IMG/VR virus record: IMGVR_UViG_3300028833_000057
Location: 96,001 to 160,000 of that record
Source of the DNA: a virus
Lineage: Duplodnaviria > Caudoviricetes
DNA length: 64,000 nucleotides
Strand: one strand, 5' to 3'
Below, piece after piece: positions 19,231-28,994 of this stretch (position 1 is its first letter; every line of letters begins with the position of its first letter). Under the pieces are notes generated by a model. The model worked only from the letters and a program-made list of their open reading frames with translations, was not told where the DNA came from and made no database searches. Made by a program: the position numbers and the translations under genes.

Positions 19231-19983
19231 TTGAAAGAAATAATGGTAATTACTATGTCAACGAAAATTTTTCCTTGTCCTGTATGTAAGCGTAAATTCG
19301 CTTCTATGGAATCTGCTATAGATCATGTAGATACTGAACACGAATATTGCTGTCCTAAATCTATAACTGTAAAGCAATGGATATTTAATGTAAAAAATAG
19401 ATTAAATCCATTTACTAAATATGGAAAATCTATTTTATCTGGAAAACCTACTAATTGGAATGAAAAGCTTGGTAGATATGAACGTCTAGCAGATGATAAA
19501 GAGCGTGCAGCCTTTAGAAAGCTATTTGTTCAAAGAATGATGAAAACTCATGGAAAAGCTACTTTACTGAATGATCCAGAAGTTCAAAAGAAAATGCTTG
19601 AACATCGTAAGATTTCTGGTAAATATGTCTTTGATGATAAAGTATTTCCATATACGGGATCTTATGAGTTTGATTTCTTAAGATATATGGATGTGGTATT
19701 ATCTTGGGATCCAGGTGATCTATATATGCCATGCCCAATTATTGTAAAATATATAAGTCCGAGGGATGGAAAAGAGCATTTCTATATACCAGATGCATAT
19801 ATCCAATCTTTAAATCTTATTGTAGAGATAAAGAGTCAGGAAAATAAGCATTATAGAAAACGTGACTTAGATATAGAGTTAGCTAAAGATGCTGCTATGA
19901 AAAAGCTTAAAGTTAACTATGTAAAGATTTATGATAAAGACTATGAAGACTTTACATCTATGGTCAATGCCTTAAGGCAGTAA
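19231..19983 (+). CDS. C2H2 zinc finger + PD-(D/E)xK nuclease (TnsA/T4 gp4 head-completion-like)
   Basis: CPVC...H...H; YISPRDGKEHFYIPD...IVEIK. Confidence 0.7.
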   Translation: MKEIMVITMSTKIFPCPVCKRKFASMESAIDHVDTEHEYCCPKSITVKQWIFNVKNRLNPFTKYGKSILSGKPTNWNEKLGRYERLADDKERAAFRKLFVQRMMKTHGKATLLNDPEVQKKMLEHRKISGKYVFDDKVFPYTGSYEFDFLRYMDVVLSWDPGDLYMPCPIIVKYISPRDGKEHFYIPDAYIQSLNLIVEIKSQENKHYRKRDLDIELAKDAAMKKLKVNYVKIYDKDYEDFTSMVNALRQ

Positions 19984-20036
19984 TTTTTGAGCCTATGCTT
20001 GGCATAGGCTAAAAATTATTCTGAAAACACTCAATT

Positions 20037-20918
20037 ATGACTGACTTAAAAACATTTTTTGACTTCAAGAAAGCTAAATTTGAAGATTTACATAATATTC
20101 TTGATGATGCTAAATTTTGCTGGACGTTACCTACCAGTATTTTTATTGACGTAGATCAACTTATAGCTTCTATGAAAGAAGCAGGTCTTACTACTAAGAA
20201 ATTTGAATTTTCTAGTGTACTTCTAAACCTTGCAAGTTATTATAGATACTTCTTTTGGAAGCATAAGATTCGTACAAATATTACTTTCTTTGCAACCGAA
20301 AGAATAATTTCAGAAGATGAAGCTATAAAATCCGAAATGAATATGCTTACATTAATAGTAAAAAATATTCCAGGAATTTATAGTATTGTATCTAAAATGC
20401 CTGCTAAACTTGTACCATTTGCATTATATTCTAAAGATAAATTTGAGAATACTATAGTTGCATCTTATGGAAATTTTTCATATCTTTATCCATTCTTTAT
20501 GAATGCAGCGCCATCTTACACTTTACATTTATCAGGTAAGTATTCATCTGTAATTAATTCTATTACCAAAGAATGGCAATATGATCCAATTACAGTTCTA
20601 GCCCTAGCTGGTGATCCATCGAAGGGTATTCCAAATATTAGAAAATTTGGAATGGTACGTGCAGAGAAATTCTGTTTAAAAAATAAAGATTCTAATATAG
20701 AAGATCTTTTAAAGGATAATGACTTGCTACAATTCAAATATAATAAATCATATTATGATGTACCAAGTCTTATTGAGCGTTATAAAGATGAATTCTTTAC
20801 ATTAGAAACAAACCCGAATTTAGTAGATTATTACAACAAAGAAGAAGTAAAAGCTATACAAAGAGAATACTATTCAGTATACTCATTTCATATCCCACAT
20901 TTATTTTTAGGTGAATAA
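20037..20918 (+). CDS. 5'-3' exonuclease/flap endonuclease-like protein, probably degenerate
   Basis: H3TH motif ALAGDPSKGIPNIRKFGMVRAEK; N-terminal FID. Confidence 0.6.
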   Translation: MTDLKTFFDFKKAKFEDLHNILDDAKFCWTLPTSIFIDVDQLIASMKEAGLTTKKFEFSSVLLNLASYYRYFFWKHKIRTNITFFATERIISEDEAIKSEMNMLTLIVKNIPGIYSIVSKMPAKLVPFALYSKDKFENTIVASYGNFSYLYPFFMNAAPSYTLHLSGKYSSVINSITKEWQYDPITVLALAGDPSKGIPNIRKFGMVRAEKFCLKNKDSNIEDLLKDNDLLQFKYNKSYYDVPSLIERYKDEFFTLETNPNLVDYYNKEEVKAIQREYYSVYSFHIPHLFLGE

Positions 20919-22269
20919 TATGGCCTTAAAATTAAATAGCCTTGAAAATAAAATAACGCAAAATCCATATGAGCGTTTTCCAGCCGTAGATCTAAGCAGT
21001 AAAGCTAAGCTTTATGCTTATAGCGTAAATACTACTATTCAATTAGATAATGTCGATGATAAAGATCCACAGGATATCAGCGATTATGTTATGGGCGTAT
21101 CTATTGAAAAAAATTTTGAAAAGATGTTTTGTCCATTAATAAAGCTGGTTTTAAATATTCCCAGAGGATTAGCTTTCTCTATACAAGATAACTTTAGAGA
21201 TGTTTCCTTATTTTTTACTTTAGAAAGACATGAGGTATCCAGTATAGAACGTGGTACAATATCTTCTCCAGAAGCAGTTTACAAAGGTGCTGAATTATCT
21301 ATAATAAATATAGAAGGCGATGCATTTATTGATGATGATGCAACCACGGGCGATATTGACGTTATGCCTACAAAGAATACAAAAGATGATGTAGTTCTAA
21401 CGCTCTATATGTATGAAAAGTCAGCTCTTGAAGTTAAAAGACCTCTTCTTAATAAAGTATACAATAATGTAACAATAAGTGATGTTTTAAATTACTTAGT
21501 AGCAAATAATTTCAAAAATAGAAAAGTAGTAATAGACGCTCCAGAAAATGAAGAAGAATATGAGCAGATCTTTATACCGCCATTAAGTTTTCCAGATATT
21601 ATTGAATATCTTCAGGCTTTCTATGGCATATATCGTAGTGGTGTTGAAGTATTTATGGATATAGATACACTTTATATAATATCTAAAGATACTGAAGCTA
21701 AAAATGGTGAATTATATAACTCAATGTATATCCGAACGAGAGCTTCAAAGCAGAAAGATGCTGAGTCTGCAGCTAAGGGCACTAGATCTACATTTATAGA
21801 TGAAGATAGTAAAGTTGTAAATATAACACTAGATAATCGTCCTAATATAGAATCTGGTGATGTTCTTTCTAAAGAATTTATAGGCGAGCATCTCTATATC
21901 AATAATGATTCAAAGCTTGATATTGCTGTCGGTGGTGGCGGCATTAATCCATCAGAGCTTGGTGAAGGTAAAGAAAGATTCTTATGGTCTAGATCATCCT
22001 CAGTTTTTGCTACTGATGAAATAGCACTCAGAATCAATCGTAGCACAGAAATATCTAACTTTTTTATAGAAAATACAGATATACGATATTTTAATCCAGT
22101 TACAGTAATACATCTTGGCTATGCATTTAAAACAAATGATGATGTAGAAGCTGAATATAGATTCTCTCTCGTACATTCTTCGTTTACACGTGGAGAAGAT
22201 TCTATTATGGATGATACATATAAGAATATTTTTTATGAAAAAACTTATGCTAGATTTATAAGAGTATAA
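20911..22269 (+). CDS. Putative virion/baseplate hub protein
   Basis: 452 aa, beta-rich-looking, in late module; hub-like NVTISDVLNYL and YEQIFIPP segments. Confidence 0.45.
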   Translation: MNNMALKLNSLENKITQNPYERFPAVDLSSKAKLYAYSVNTTIQLDNVDDKDPQDISDYVMGVSIEKNFEKMFCPLIKLVLNIPRGLAFSIQDNFRDVSLFFTLERHEVSSIERGTISSPEAVYKGAELSIINIEGDAFIDDDATTGDIDVMPTKNTKDDVVLTLYMYEKSALEVKRPLLNKVYNNVTISDVLNYLVANNFKNRKVVIDAPENEEEYEQIFIPPLSFPDIIEYLQAFYGIYRSGVEVFMDIDTLYIISKDTEAKNGELYNSMYIRTRASKQKDAESAAKGTRSTFIDEDSKVVNITLDNRPNIESGDVLSKEFIGEHLYINNDSKLDIAVGGGGINPSELGEGKERFLWSRSSSVFATDEIALRINRSTEISNFFIENTDIRYFNPVTVIHLGYAFKTNDDVEAEYRFSLVHSSFTRGEDSIMDDTYKNIFYEKTYARFIRV

Positions 22270-22307
22270 AAATATCCCTTAGGTTTTAACCTAAGGGATT
22301 ATTTATT

Positions 22308-23192
22308 TTAATTATTCTTAAAGGAAATAATAGCGTCATTCAAGCTCTTATAATTATCTATAAATGTATCCTTAATGCATTTAAGATTATAAGACATAGC
22401 AAGAATACGACCTGTAAGACTCTCAATCATAGAAATGACCTTTAAATGCAGATATCTGCAATTTTCGCTCATTTCGAAGAAGTTATTCGGTACTTCAGGT
22501 TTGTTAAATCTTGAAGCTAGAATACGGAGCTTATCAGGAATTGCTTTAACAATATCACAATATTCCTTATATCTAACTCGATCGTTATTCTGCTTAATGA
22601 CAGCATCACCCGCATAAATATAATCGGTAGATAAACTCTTTTCAACTACAGATCTTGGCTTAAATAAGTCATTTGCTTTAACAAGATCCATGAATTCCTT
22701 AACTTTGAGAGCAGCTTCTCTAGTTGCAGGATCATTTCCTATCAAATCATTAGGCTTATTTTCCATAAGTCTGAAGATATCTAGAAGACCAGTAGTAATA
22801 CTCTTACTATCATTCTTCATAGATTCAACAATCTTATCCATAGTCTCAGTATTATATTTGTAATATGGAATTTCTCTTAGTTTTGTATTTTCATTAAATA
22901 TTCCATATGCAGCTAAGGAAGGTAGCTCAGGAAGATCTCTGAATTCGATATCAAGATATCCTGCAGCTTCTTCAAGAGTCTTTGACATATTTGCAAATAC
23001 GGTCTTTGTAATTACACCAGTATCATTCTTCAATTCTTCTTTAAGAGCAGCAATATCAATCTTATCACCTGATTCAAGAGTCTTCTGCCAACGATCTTCC
23101 ATATCATTGAAAGAAGCTTTAACACTTCTGGTATATTCTGAACGATTAGATAAATTTTCTACAAGTTTTCTAAATTTCAAATCTTTTGACAT
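22308..23192 (-). CDS. Putative virion structural protein
   Basis: 294-aa ORF, third gene of a late-motif operon. Confidence 0.6.
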   Translation of the reverse strand: MSKDLKFRKLVENLSNRSEYTRSVKASFNDMEDRWQKTLESGDKIDIAALKEELKNDTGVITKTVFANMSKTLEEAAGYLDIEFRDLPELPSLAAYGIFNENTKLREIPYYKYNTETMDKIVESMKNDSKSITTGLLDIFRLMENKPNDLIGNDPATREAALKVKEFMDLVKANDLFKPRSVVEKSLSTDYIYAGDAVIKQNNDRVRYKEYCDIVKAIPDKLRILASRFNKPEVPNNFFEMSENCRYLHLKVISMIESLTGRILAMSYNLKCIKDTFIDNYKSLNDAIISFKNN

Positions 23193-23201
23193 ATATACAC
23201 C

Positions 23202-24200
23202 TTAGAAGTTAAGTGCGGCAACATTACCACCAACGGCAGTCTTGCTATTTGGCATAGTTTCTTGTTTCTCGGCTATAGATATTTCCCTGCGTAGAGCAGC
23301 CTTATCAGCCTGAACAGCTTTCTGAAGATTATCTTCATCATCTGTCAAATTGACATCGATAGTTTTAGCAATATCTTCTAATTTTTTAGAATATTCTAAC
23401 TGCTCTTTCTGTTGCTTAGGTGAGAGATTACCATTATTATTTGCTACAACTTTAGCAAAATATGCTTCGGACTTCAGCCAATCAGAAATCTTTACTCGCA
23501 TATCTAAAAATAGCATAATAACAAAACGAATGAAGTATACTAGAATTAATACTCCTGCAACCGTAGCCATAATGATTCCAGTTACAAATACCGCAGATTC
23601 ATTAGACAATTCATCCTTTTCACCTGCACTAATAGCAGACTTTATGCTACCATCATTAATTCTAGATGACAGTTCTTTGACGCTCTTGAAATAAGGCTTA
23701 TCAAGAAGACGTGTAGATGCGTTAGCATTCCAAGAAACATCACCTTCAGCAACATTTGTTAATGTAAGAATAGCATAATTAATACCAATAATAAGAATAG
23801 AGACTGCAGATACATAAAAAGCAGCTACAACTTCCTTCTTATGCTTATATGCACTCTGGAAAGTTTCTTTATTTTTAACAAGCCACTTCATTATATTTTC
23901 TAAATCTAGAACTACACCGGCACAGTATCCACCACCTTTACTCATAGATACTAATGCATCTAATGAAATCTTGGCATTTTTATATTCGCCAAGTTTGGTA
24001 ATATCACCTTTAGTCTTGGCGATATCCATACCAAGTCTAGTTCTTCCTTTAGAAATACTTGAAGAGAAATTTTTAATTACAGCATTTACAATTCTTTTAC
24101 TCGTCTGAGTAATAGCACCTTCAGATGCACATTCAAGATCATTCTTATCAAAGAATGTATCATAAAAAATATTATTATTTAAGTACATTTTCTTATTCAT
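23202..24200 (-). CDS. Putative virion protein with hydrophobic helices and A/S-x-E sites
   Basis: ASE near the N-terminus, SNE before a hydrophobic helix. Confidence 0.6.
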   Translation of the reverse strand: MNKKMYLNNNIFYDTFFDKNDLECASEGAITQTSKRIVNAVIKNFSSSISKGRTRLGMDIAKTKGDITKLGEYKNAKISLDALVSMSKGGGYCAGVVLDLENIMKWLVKNKETFQSAYKHKKEVVAAFYVSAVSILIIGINYAILTLTNVAEGDVSWNANASTRLLDKPYFKSVKELSSRINDGSIKSAISAGEKDELSNESAVFVTGIIMATVAGVLILVYFIRFVIMLFLDMRVKISDWLKSEAYFAKVVANNNGNLSPKQQKEQLEYSKKLEDIAKTIDVNLTDDEDNLQKAVQADKAALRREISIAEKQETMPNSKTAVGGNVAALNF

Positions 24201-24211
24201 ATTATTCCCTA

Positions 24212-25810
24212 TTATCTTTTAAGTGCACCAAAGATAGCCTTAACGACATCATCGCTATTCTTATTTTTATTGTCCTTTAGAGATGTTTTATTATACATAA
24301 TAGAATCATCATTAAAGAAAGAATAGAATGCATCATTAGCAGCATCGACAATAAGTATGCCGAATAATCCGAGCTTATTACAAAGCTCACGAGCATCTTT
24401 TGTATTCTTTATAAGATCCTTACTGCAACTATTTCTTATCTGATCAACTTCATCTAAAGTCATCATAATAGAAACAGTAGGTAACAAAGATCCGTTAGCT
24501 GTAAATGCATCATATGCAATGGAATTCTTAGTCATGAATCTCATTGAAGCAAATACGCCACTAAGACCATTTTTAGTATTTCTACCATTTTTAGCGGCAA
24601 CCGTCTGCTTAATTTCTTTGAGATTTAAGAGGACATCTTTAAAGAAAGAAAGTTCACCAGAACGCCATCTAATTAAGCGTGAAACAAGGCTAGTAGAAGA
24701 GTATGTATCTTTGATAGCCTTCACTAATTCATCGCTAGCTACTTCATGAGCATTAACTTTTACACCAAATGCAAGATTACGTTCAAGTGTGTCTGTCGGT
24801 GTTTGAAGTAAAACTGTAGCATTTACTATTGTTGGAGAAAGCTTACTAACTTTTTCTTCAATCTTCGCTTCTTTAGTACCATCTAAGCGAGCTTTCCAAG
24901 GCAAAACTTTACGACCGCCACTTGTTCCTCTTGGAGCAGCATATAATGGATTCTTTTTAGGTGGCTTTCCCGTAGAAGAAGGTTTAGTAGATTTAGGAGA
25001 ACTTGGAGGAACTGCACCTGCACCCGTAGCAGTACCTGAAGGAGTGCCTGTTGCAGCCGCACCAGTGGCACCACCAGGGAAAGGCTTAAATCCAGGCTTT
25101 GGATTCTTTTTATTCTTTTTACTTTCAGCAGCAAACTCATCGTTTACTTCATCATCGTCATCATATTCATCATCTTCAGAGGAATTACCAGTAGCTACGC
25201 CCATAGGAACAGATACTGGAGCCACTGCTCCCATAGCAAATTCTTCTTCAACGCTGAGACATGGATTAAAAAGAGTAGACATTTCAAATGAAGATGTAAT
25301 ATTCATATCTTCAAGGTACATAGCTTCATTTGCTATTTGTTTTAAAGTAATAGCATCAATGCCAGAAACACAATTCTTCTGGTAATCAGATTTAAATTTG
25401 CCAATATTACTTACTAAATAATCTAAATTGCTACCATTGTTATCTAAAGAATTCCTACCAGCATTAGTATATGATTCTATGAACTTACGCTTGGATTCAG
25501 GATCTCTCAAATCTAAAAGATTATTACCATTCTGAATGCAAAGCAAAATCATGTCAGCAATTGTTCTTTCGACAATTTCACAAGTTTTTAAAGCCTGTTC
25601 ATCACCGATAGCATTACTAATAATAATAGGGAACTGTCCTATATTTTTCTTTGCTTGTTTTGCCAGATTAGCATCTAGACCCACTTTGTGTCCAGAGATC
25701 ATTCCAGCAATATCCGTCAATGTCTTTTTACGCTGAGCATCACCAGCATCGCCATCAGAGACTATACCCTTTAAAGCTTGGCTAACGACTCCAAAGATTT
25801 CACTAATCAT
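24212..25810 (-). CDS. Putative virion head protein with central low-complexity insert
   Basis: Likely start MISEIFG (AAGGA SD); late motif 25835-25846; ANE/AAE candidate protease sites. Confidence 0.65.
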   Translation of the reverse strand: MISEIFGVVSQALKGIVSDGDAGDAQRKKTLTDIAGMISGHKVGLDANLAKQAKKNIGQFPIIISNAIGDEQALKTCEIVERTIADMILLCIQNGNNLLDLRDPESKRKFIESYTNAGRNSLDNNGSNLDYLVSNIGKFKSDYQKNCVSGIDAITLKQIANEAMYLEDMNITSSFEMSTLFNPCLSVEEEFAMGAVAPVSVPMGVATGNSSEDDEYDDDDEVNDEFAAESKKNKKNPKPGFKPFPGGATGAAATGTPSGTATGAGAVPPSSPKSTKPSSTGKPPKKNPLYAAPRGTSGGRKVLPWKARLDGTKEAKIEEKVSKLSPTIVNATVLLQTPTDTLERNLAFGVKVNAHEVASDELVKAIKDTYSSTSLVSRLIRWRSGELSFFKDVLLNLKEIKQTVAAKNGRNTKNGLSGVFASMRFMTKNSIAYDAFTANGSLLPTVSIMMTLDEVDQIRNSCSKDLIKNTKDARELCNKLGLFGILIVDAANDAFYSFFNDDSIMYNKTSLKDNKNKNSDDVVKAIFGALKR

Positions 25811-25867
25811 AATTATATCCTTAAGAATAAATTTCAATTCAAAGTTTTTAAGGTATTAATGAATAAA

Positions 25868-26272
25868 AAAAGAAAGTGGCTTGGCTGGCCACTTTAAGAT
25901 ATCCTAACCCAATAGGATCTTTTGCTATGTACATTATTTGTATAAGCAAGTAAAATTCTTATAGCCATCTGGTTCTTACGCCACCAGCGACGCCCATTCC
26001 CCATCAATAATAAAACTCTATTCTCTTATAATGCCTAAAATATTTTATTATTTTAATTACCAAATATATAATAGAAAATTATAATACTATGCAGAAATAG
26101 CTTTCCTAAAGATTTCAAGATGTATTTTTCATATTGGTTCCTCTTATCCTTGTTAGTTGATAAGTTAGTACATAGCCATTACAACAATAAACATTGTAAG
26201 CCTAGCTAATCTTACATCTACCAAATATGCATCATCAAGGCATCATATCTGGCGAATCCCGTAGGGAGTTCT
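25868..26272 (-). ncRNA. Candidate structured ncRNA 4 (~400 nt)
   Basis: Promoter motif 26277-26284, 3' terminator AAAGUGGC/GCCACUUU + U-tract, no long ORF, several 7-9 bp helices. Confidence 0.5.
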
Positions 26273-26346
26273 TTTCTTAATATAAGCATAAAGTTATAAT
26301 GTTTTTTATAGAAAACACACAATTGAAAAAATATATAGGTATTAAT

Positions 26347-28974
26347 ATGGCTAGTGAATATAATTTAGAAGGTACACTTGTAGGCAGAGCTAAAGAAGAT
26401 GGCTCTGAAGCCCTTAAAGATATTGGAAAGGGCATTGTAACCAGAGTAGGTATCGTAGATGATACTGAGCTAAATAATGCCAAAAGCAAATATGCAAAAT
26501 ATAGTGATTTAGATACTAGATCTGAATGGGATTCTACTGTTGTACCATCATACTATAAAAGAATACAATACTGGGAATCTTTTATAAAGAATGAACAGGC
26601 TAAGAATAAAATCAGAATTGAGACTATACAATTAGCCAACAAAATTCTTGTTACCAGTACTAAAGATAATAAAGCAAAGCTAGGTGCTACTCTTAGTGCT
26701 ATAGAGAATTCTGTTAAAAAAGCCTTACCTGCCAATATTAATAAAAAGGGTATATGTGATAAACTATTTGAGGATATGACAAATCTTGTCGTAAAAGAGA
26801 CAAGAAGTGGTCTTAATGCTGTAGCAGCGGCTGCAGCAGCAGCTGAAAATAGTGTAATATCAATGGTTGGAACCTATGTTGATGGTAAATTACAGCCTAT
26901 TACTGGTGGTATTCGTGATTTCTATAATTCTGCAAGAAATTTTGTAATGGATGCTATCGAAGCAGGACTCGAAGGCATCTTGAATGGTACTCGTAGCGTA
27001 CTAGGACTTGATTATGCCACATTTAATACCAAACTTAGTGCCGATGCTCAAAAAGCAATAGACAAAGTAGACCTTCTAGAAGGTTATCCTATTATGGAGA
27101 ATCCTACGCCTACAAAAACACCAGGTAAAGGCGTTAATGCTTCATCATATATAGTTGAACCACTTGAAAGCCGAAAGTTGACTCCTGAAAATATAGATGA
27201 AATAAAGAATAGCCTTCAAGAAGAAGCCAAAGCTACTATTAAACGTCTTTATGATGTGATTGGAACAAGTATGTTCCAAGCGGATGCCAATCCAGATACT
27301 AGAGATTATATCGTAATGAGTTTAATGGAAGCCGCAAAAGAACGTATTCATGTTTTTAAGTATGTGACAGATCTTTTAGGATATAATGACAGTACTCAGA
27401 AATTGATGTCTTTTGCTAATGAAAATCTCAGACCATCAAATCTTATAAAATCTTTACTTTATGATAATCCGTGGGGTGAACAAAATACTACTGCACAGGA
27501 AGCTATCGGGTCTGTTAGAGCCTTAATGGGATTTACTAATAGCAATGAAGAAAAAGAATTTAATAAGAAAGCCATGGAAGAAGCTAAACAAGCATATATA
27601 GACTTCTGTAAAGATATGGGCAAACTTAGCCCAAGTATTAAAAAAGAAGTATCTGAATATGTAAAGCTTATCAAAGCTATAACTGGTATGTTTTCTATTG
27701 ATGATTCAGCTAGCGAATCAAATACATATTCTCCTGAACCATTATGGGGAGACATGCGAGATGCCGCTAAAGATGGTCGTAATGATGTATATGGTCTTGG
27801 ATCTTTAGTAAAATCCTTTAGAGTAAATAAATACATACCTAGCGGTGAGATTGATTATTTCCAAAGCGGATTTTCACACATATTCTTTATAAAGCCGGAT
27901 TTAAACCTTACCCAGAATGCAGTTGCGTCTATGGATATGACGGGTAATCCTATGCTTGGGGATATTATTACCAATCTCAATTATAATAATAATGACTTGA
28001 GACCGTTCTGGAATGATTTCCCAGAACCAAGCGCAGATTACTCAAGATCTAATAGTTATGTATCTTATTTGCTATCTAATATGCTAGAGAATATACCAGT
28101 TACAGATCTTACGCTTGATACAAAAGATGCATATGAAAACCTTAAAGGTTTTAGAATGCCATATGGCCTAACCCATTTTAAGAATACATGGGGTGGTGAA
28201 ATATCTTTAGCATTTAAAGATACAAAAACATTACTAATAAACAATATCTTACAAGCATGGGTAAAATATATTAGCGTAATGAAAGAAGGCATAGCAGAAT
28301 GTACACCAAAGTATAAGAACTATGGTTATCTTGATTATGCTGGAGCCATTTATGGCTTTATTACTGAGCCAGATGGTCAGACTATAACTCACTGGTTTAG
28401 ATATACAGGAGTGTTCCCTACTAATGTACCTTTTAGTACGATATCTACCAATAGAGGTAGCCAAGATATTCCTGAATTTAATGTAAATTTCAAATATGTA
28501 ATCTATGAAAGTAATGATGTAAATATATTACGTGATTTTAATTATGTAATGAACAATACTGGAAATAATACCGGTTCTTCAATATCAAGGAATATGGAAG
28601 CATTTGCATATCTTGGGGCAATACCTAGACTAAAAGCATATGTACCTTTAAGTGATATTACCTTAAAAACTGGAATGTTCCCTAATGAAAACCATGCATT
28701 TGTAGGTATGCTTCTTAAAGAAGATGTTGGTGCTGATGATTCTGAAGTTAAAGCATCATCTCCAACAACAATGCGTAGCAATCAATACAGATTTCTTCTT
28801 AGATATGATTCTACTAAATACTTCCAAGGTGCATTAATTGGTGATCTTCCTTCTAACAGCGATGTTAGAAATGCATCAGTCTCAATGTCTCTTGAACAAC
28901 AAAAAGCTGCGGCTACAAAACAATGGAACTTTGATTCTAGTGTAGGTACTTCCGGTCCAATGGTATTTCGTTAA
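26347..28974 (+). CDS. Virion protein with C-terminal tail-tube-like (baseplate-tube initiator) domain
   Basis: Likely start MASEY; EISLAFKD, WVKYI, RYTGVFPTNVP and FNVNFKY match tail-tube-fold patterns; late motif 26314-26325. Confidence 0.55.
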   Translation: MASEYNLEGTLVGRAKEDGSEALKDIGKGIVTRVGIVDDTELNNAKSKYAKYSDLDTRSEWDSTVVPSYYKRIQYWESFIKNEQAKNKIRIETIQLANKILVTSTKDNKAKLGATLSAIENSVKKALPANINKKGICDKLFEDMTNLVVKETRSGLNAVAAAAAAAENSVISMVGTYVDGKLQPITGGIRDFYNSARNFVMDAIEAGLEGILNGTRSVLGLDYATFNTKLSADAQKAIDKVDLLEGYPIMENPTPTKTPGKGVNASSYIVEPLESRKLTPENIDEIKNSLQEEAKATIKRLYDVIGTSMFQADANPDTRDYIVMSLMEAAKERIHVFKYVTDLLGYNDSTQKLMSFANENLRPSNLIKSLLYDNPWGEQNTTAQEAIGSVRALMGFTNSNEEKEFNKKAMEEAKQAYIDFCKDMGKLSPSIKKEVSEYVKLIKAITGMFSIDDSASESNTYSPEPLWGDMRDAAKDGRNDVYGLGSLVKSFRVNKYIPSGEIDYFQSGFSHIFFIKPDLNLTQNAVASMDMTGNPMLGDIITNLNYNNNDLRPFWNDFPEPSADYSRSNSYVSYLLSNMLENIPVTDLTLDTKDAYENLKGFRMPYGLTHFKNTWGGEISLAFKDTKTLLINNILQAWVKYISVMKEGIAECTPKYKNYGYLDYAGAIYGFITEPDGQTITHWFRYTGVFPTNVPFSTISTNRGSQDIPEFNVNFKYVIYESNDVNILRDFNYVMNNTGNNTGSSISRNMEAFAYLGAIPRLKAYVPLSDITLKTGMFPNENHAFVGMLLKEDVGADDSEVKASSPTTMRSNQYRFLLRYDSTKYFQGALIGDLPSNSDVRNASVSMSLEQQKAAATKQWNFDSSVGTSGPMVFR

Positions 28975-28994
28975 TAATCTTCAATGGTAATTTT

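Noticed and set aside
19231-19983. TnsA-like nuclease as evidence of a Tn7-like transposon
   Set aside because: No TnsB/TnsC or terminal repeats; the context fits a phage head-completion-type nuclease
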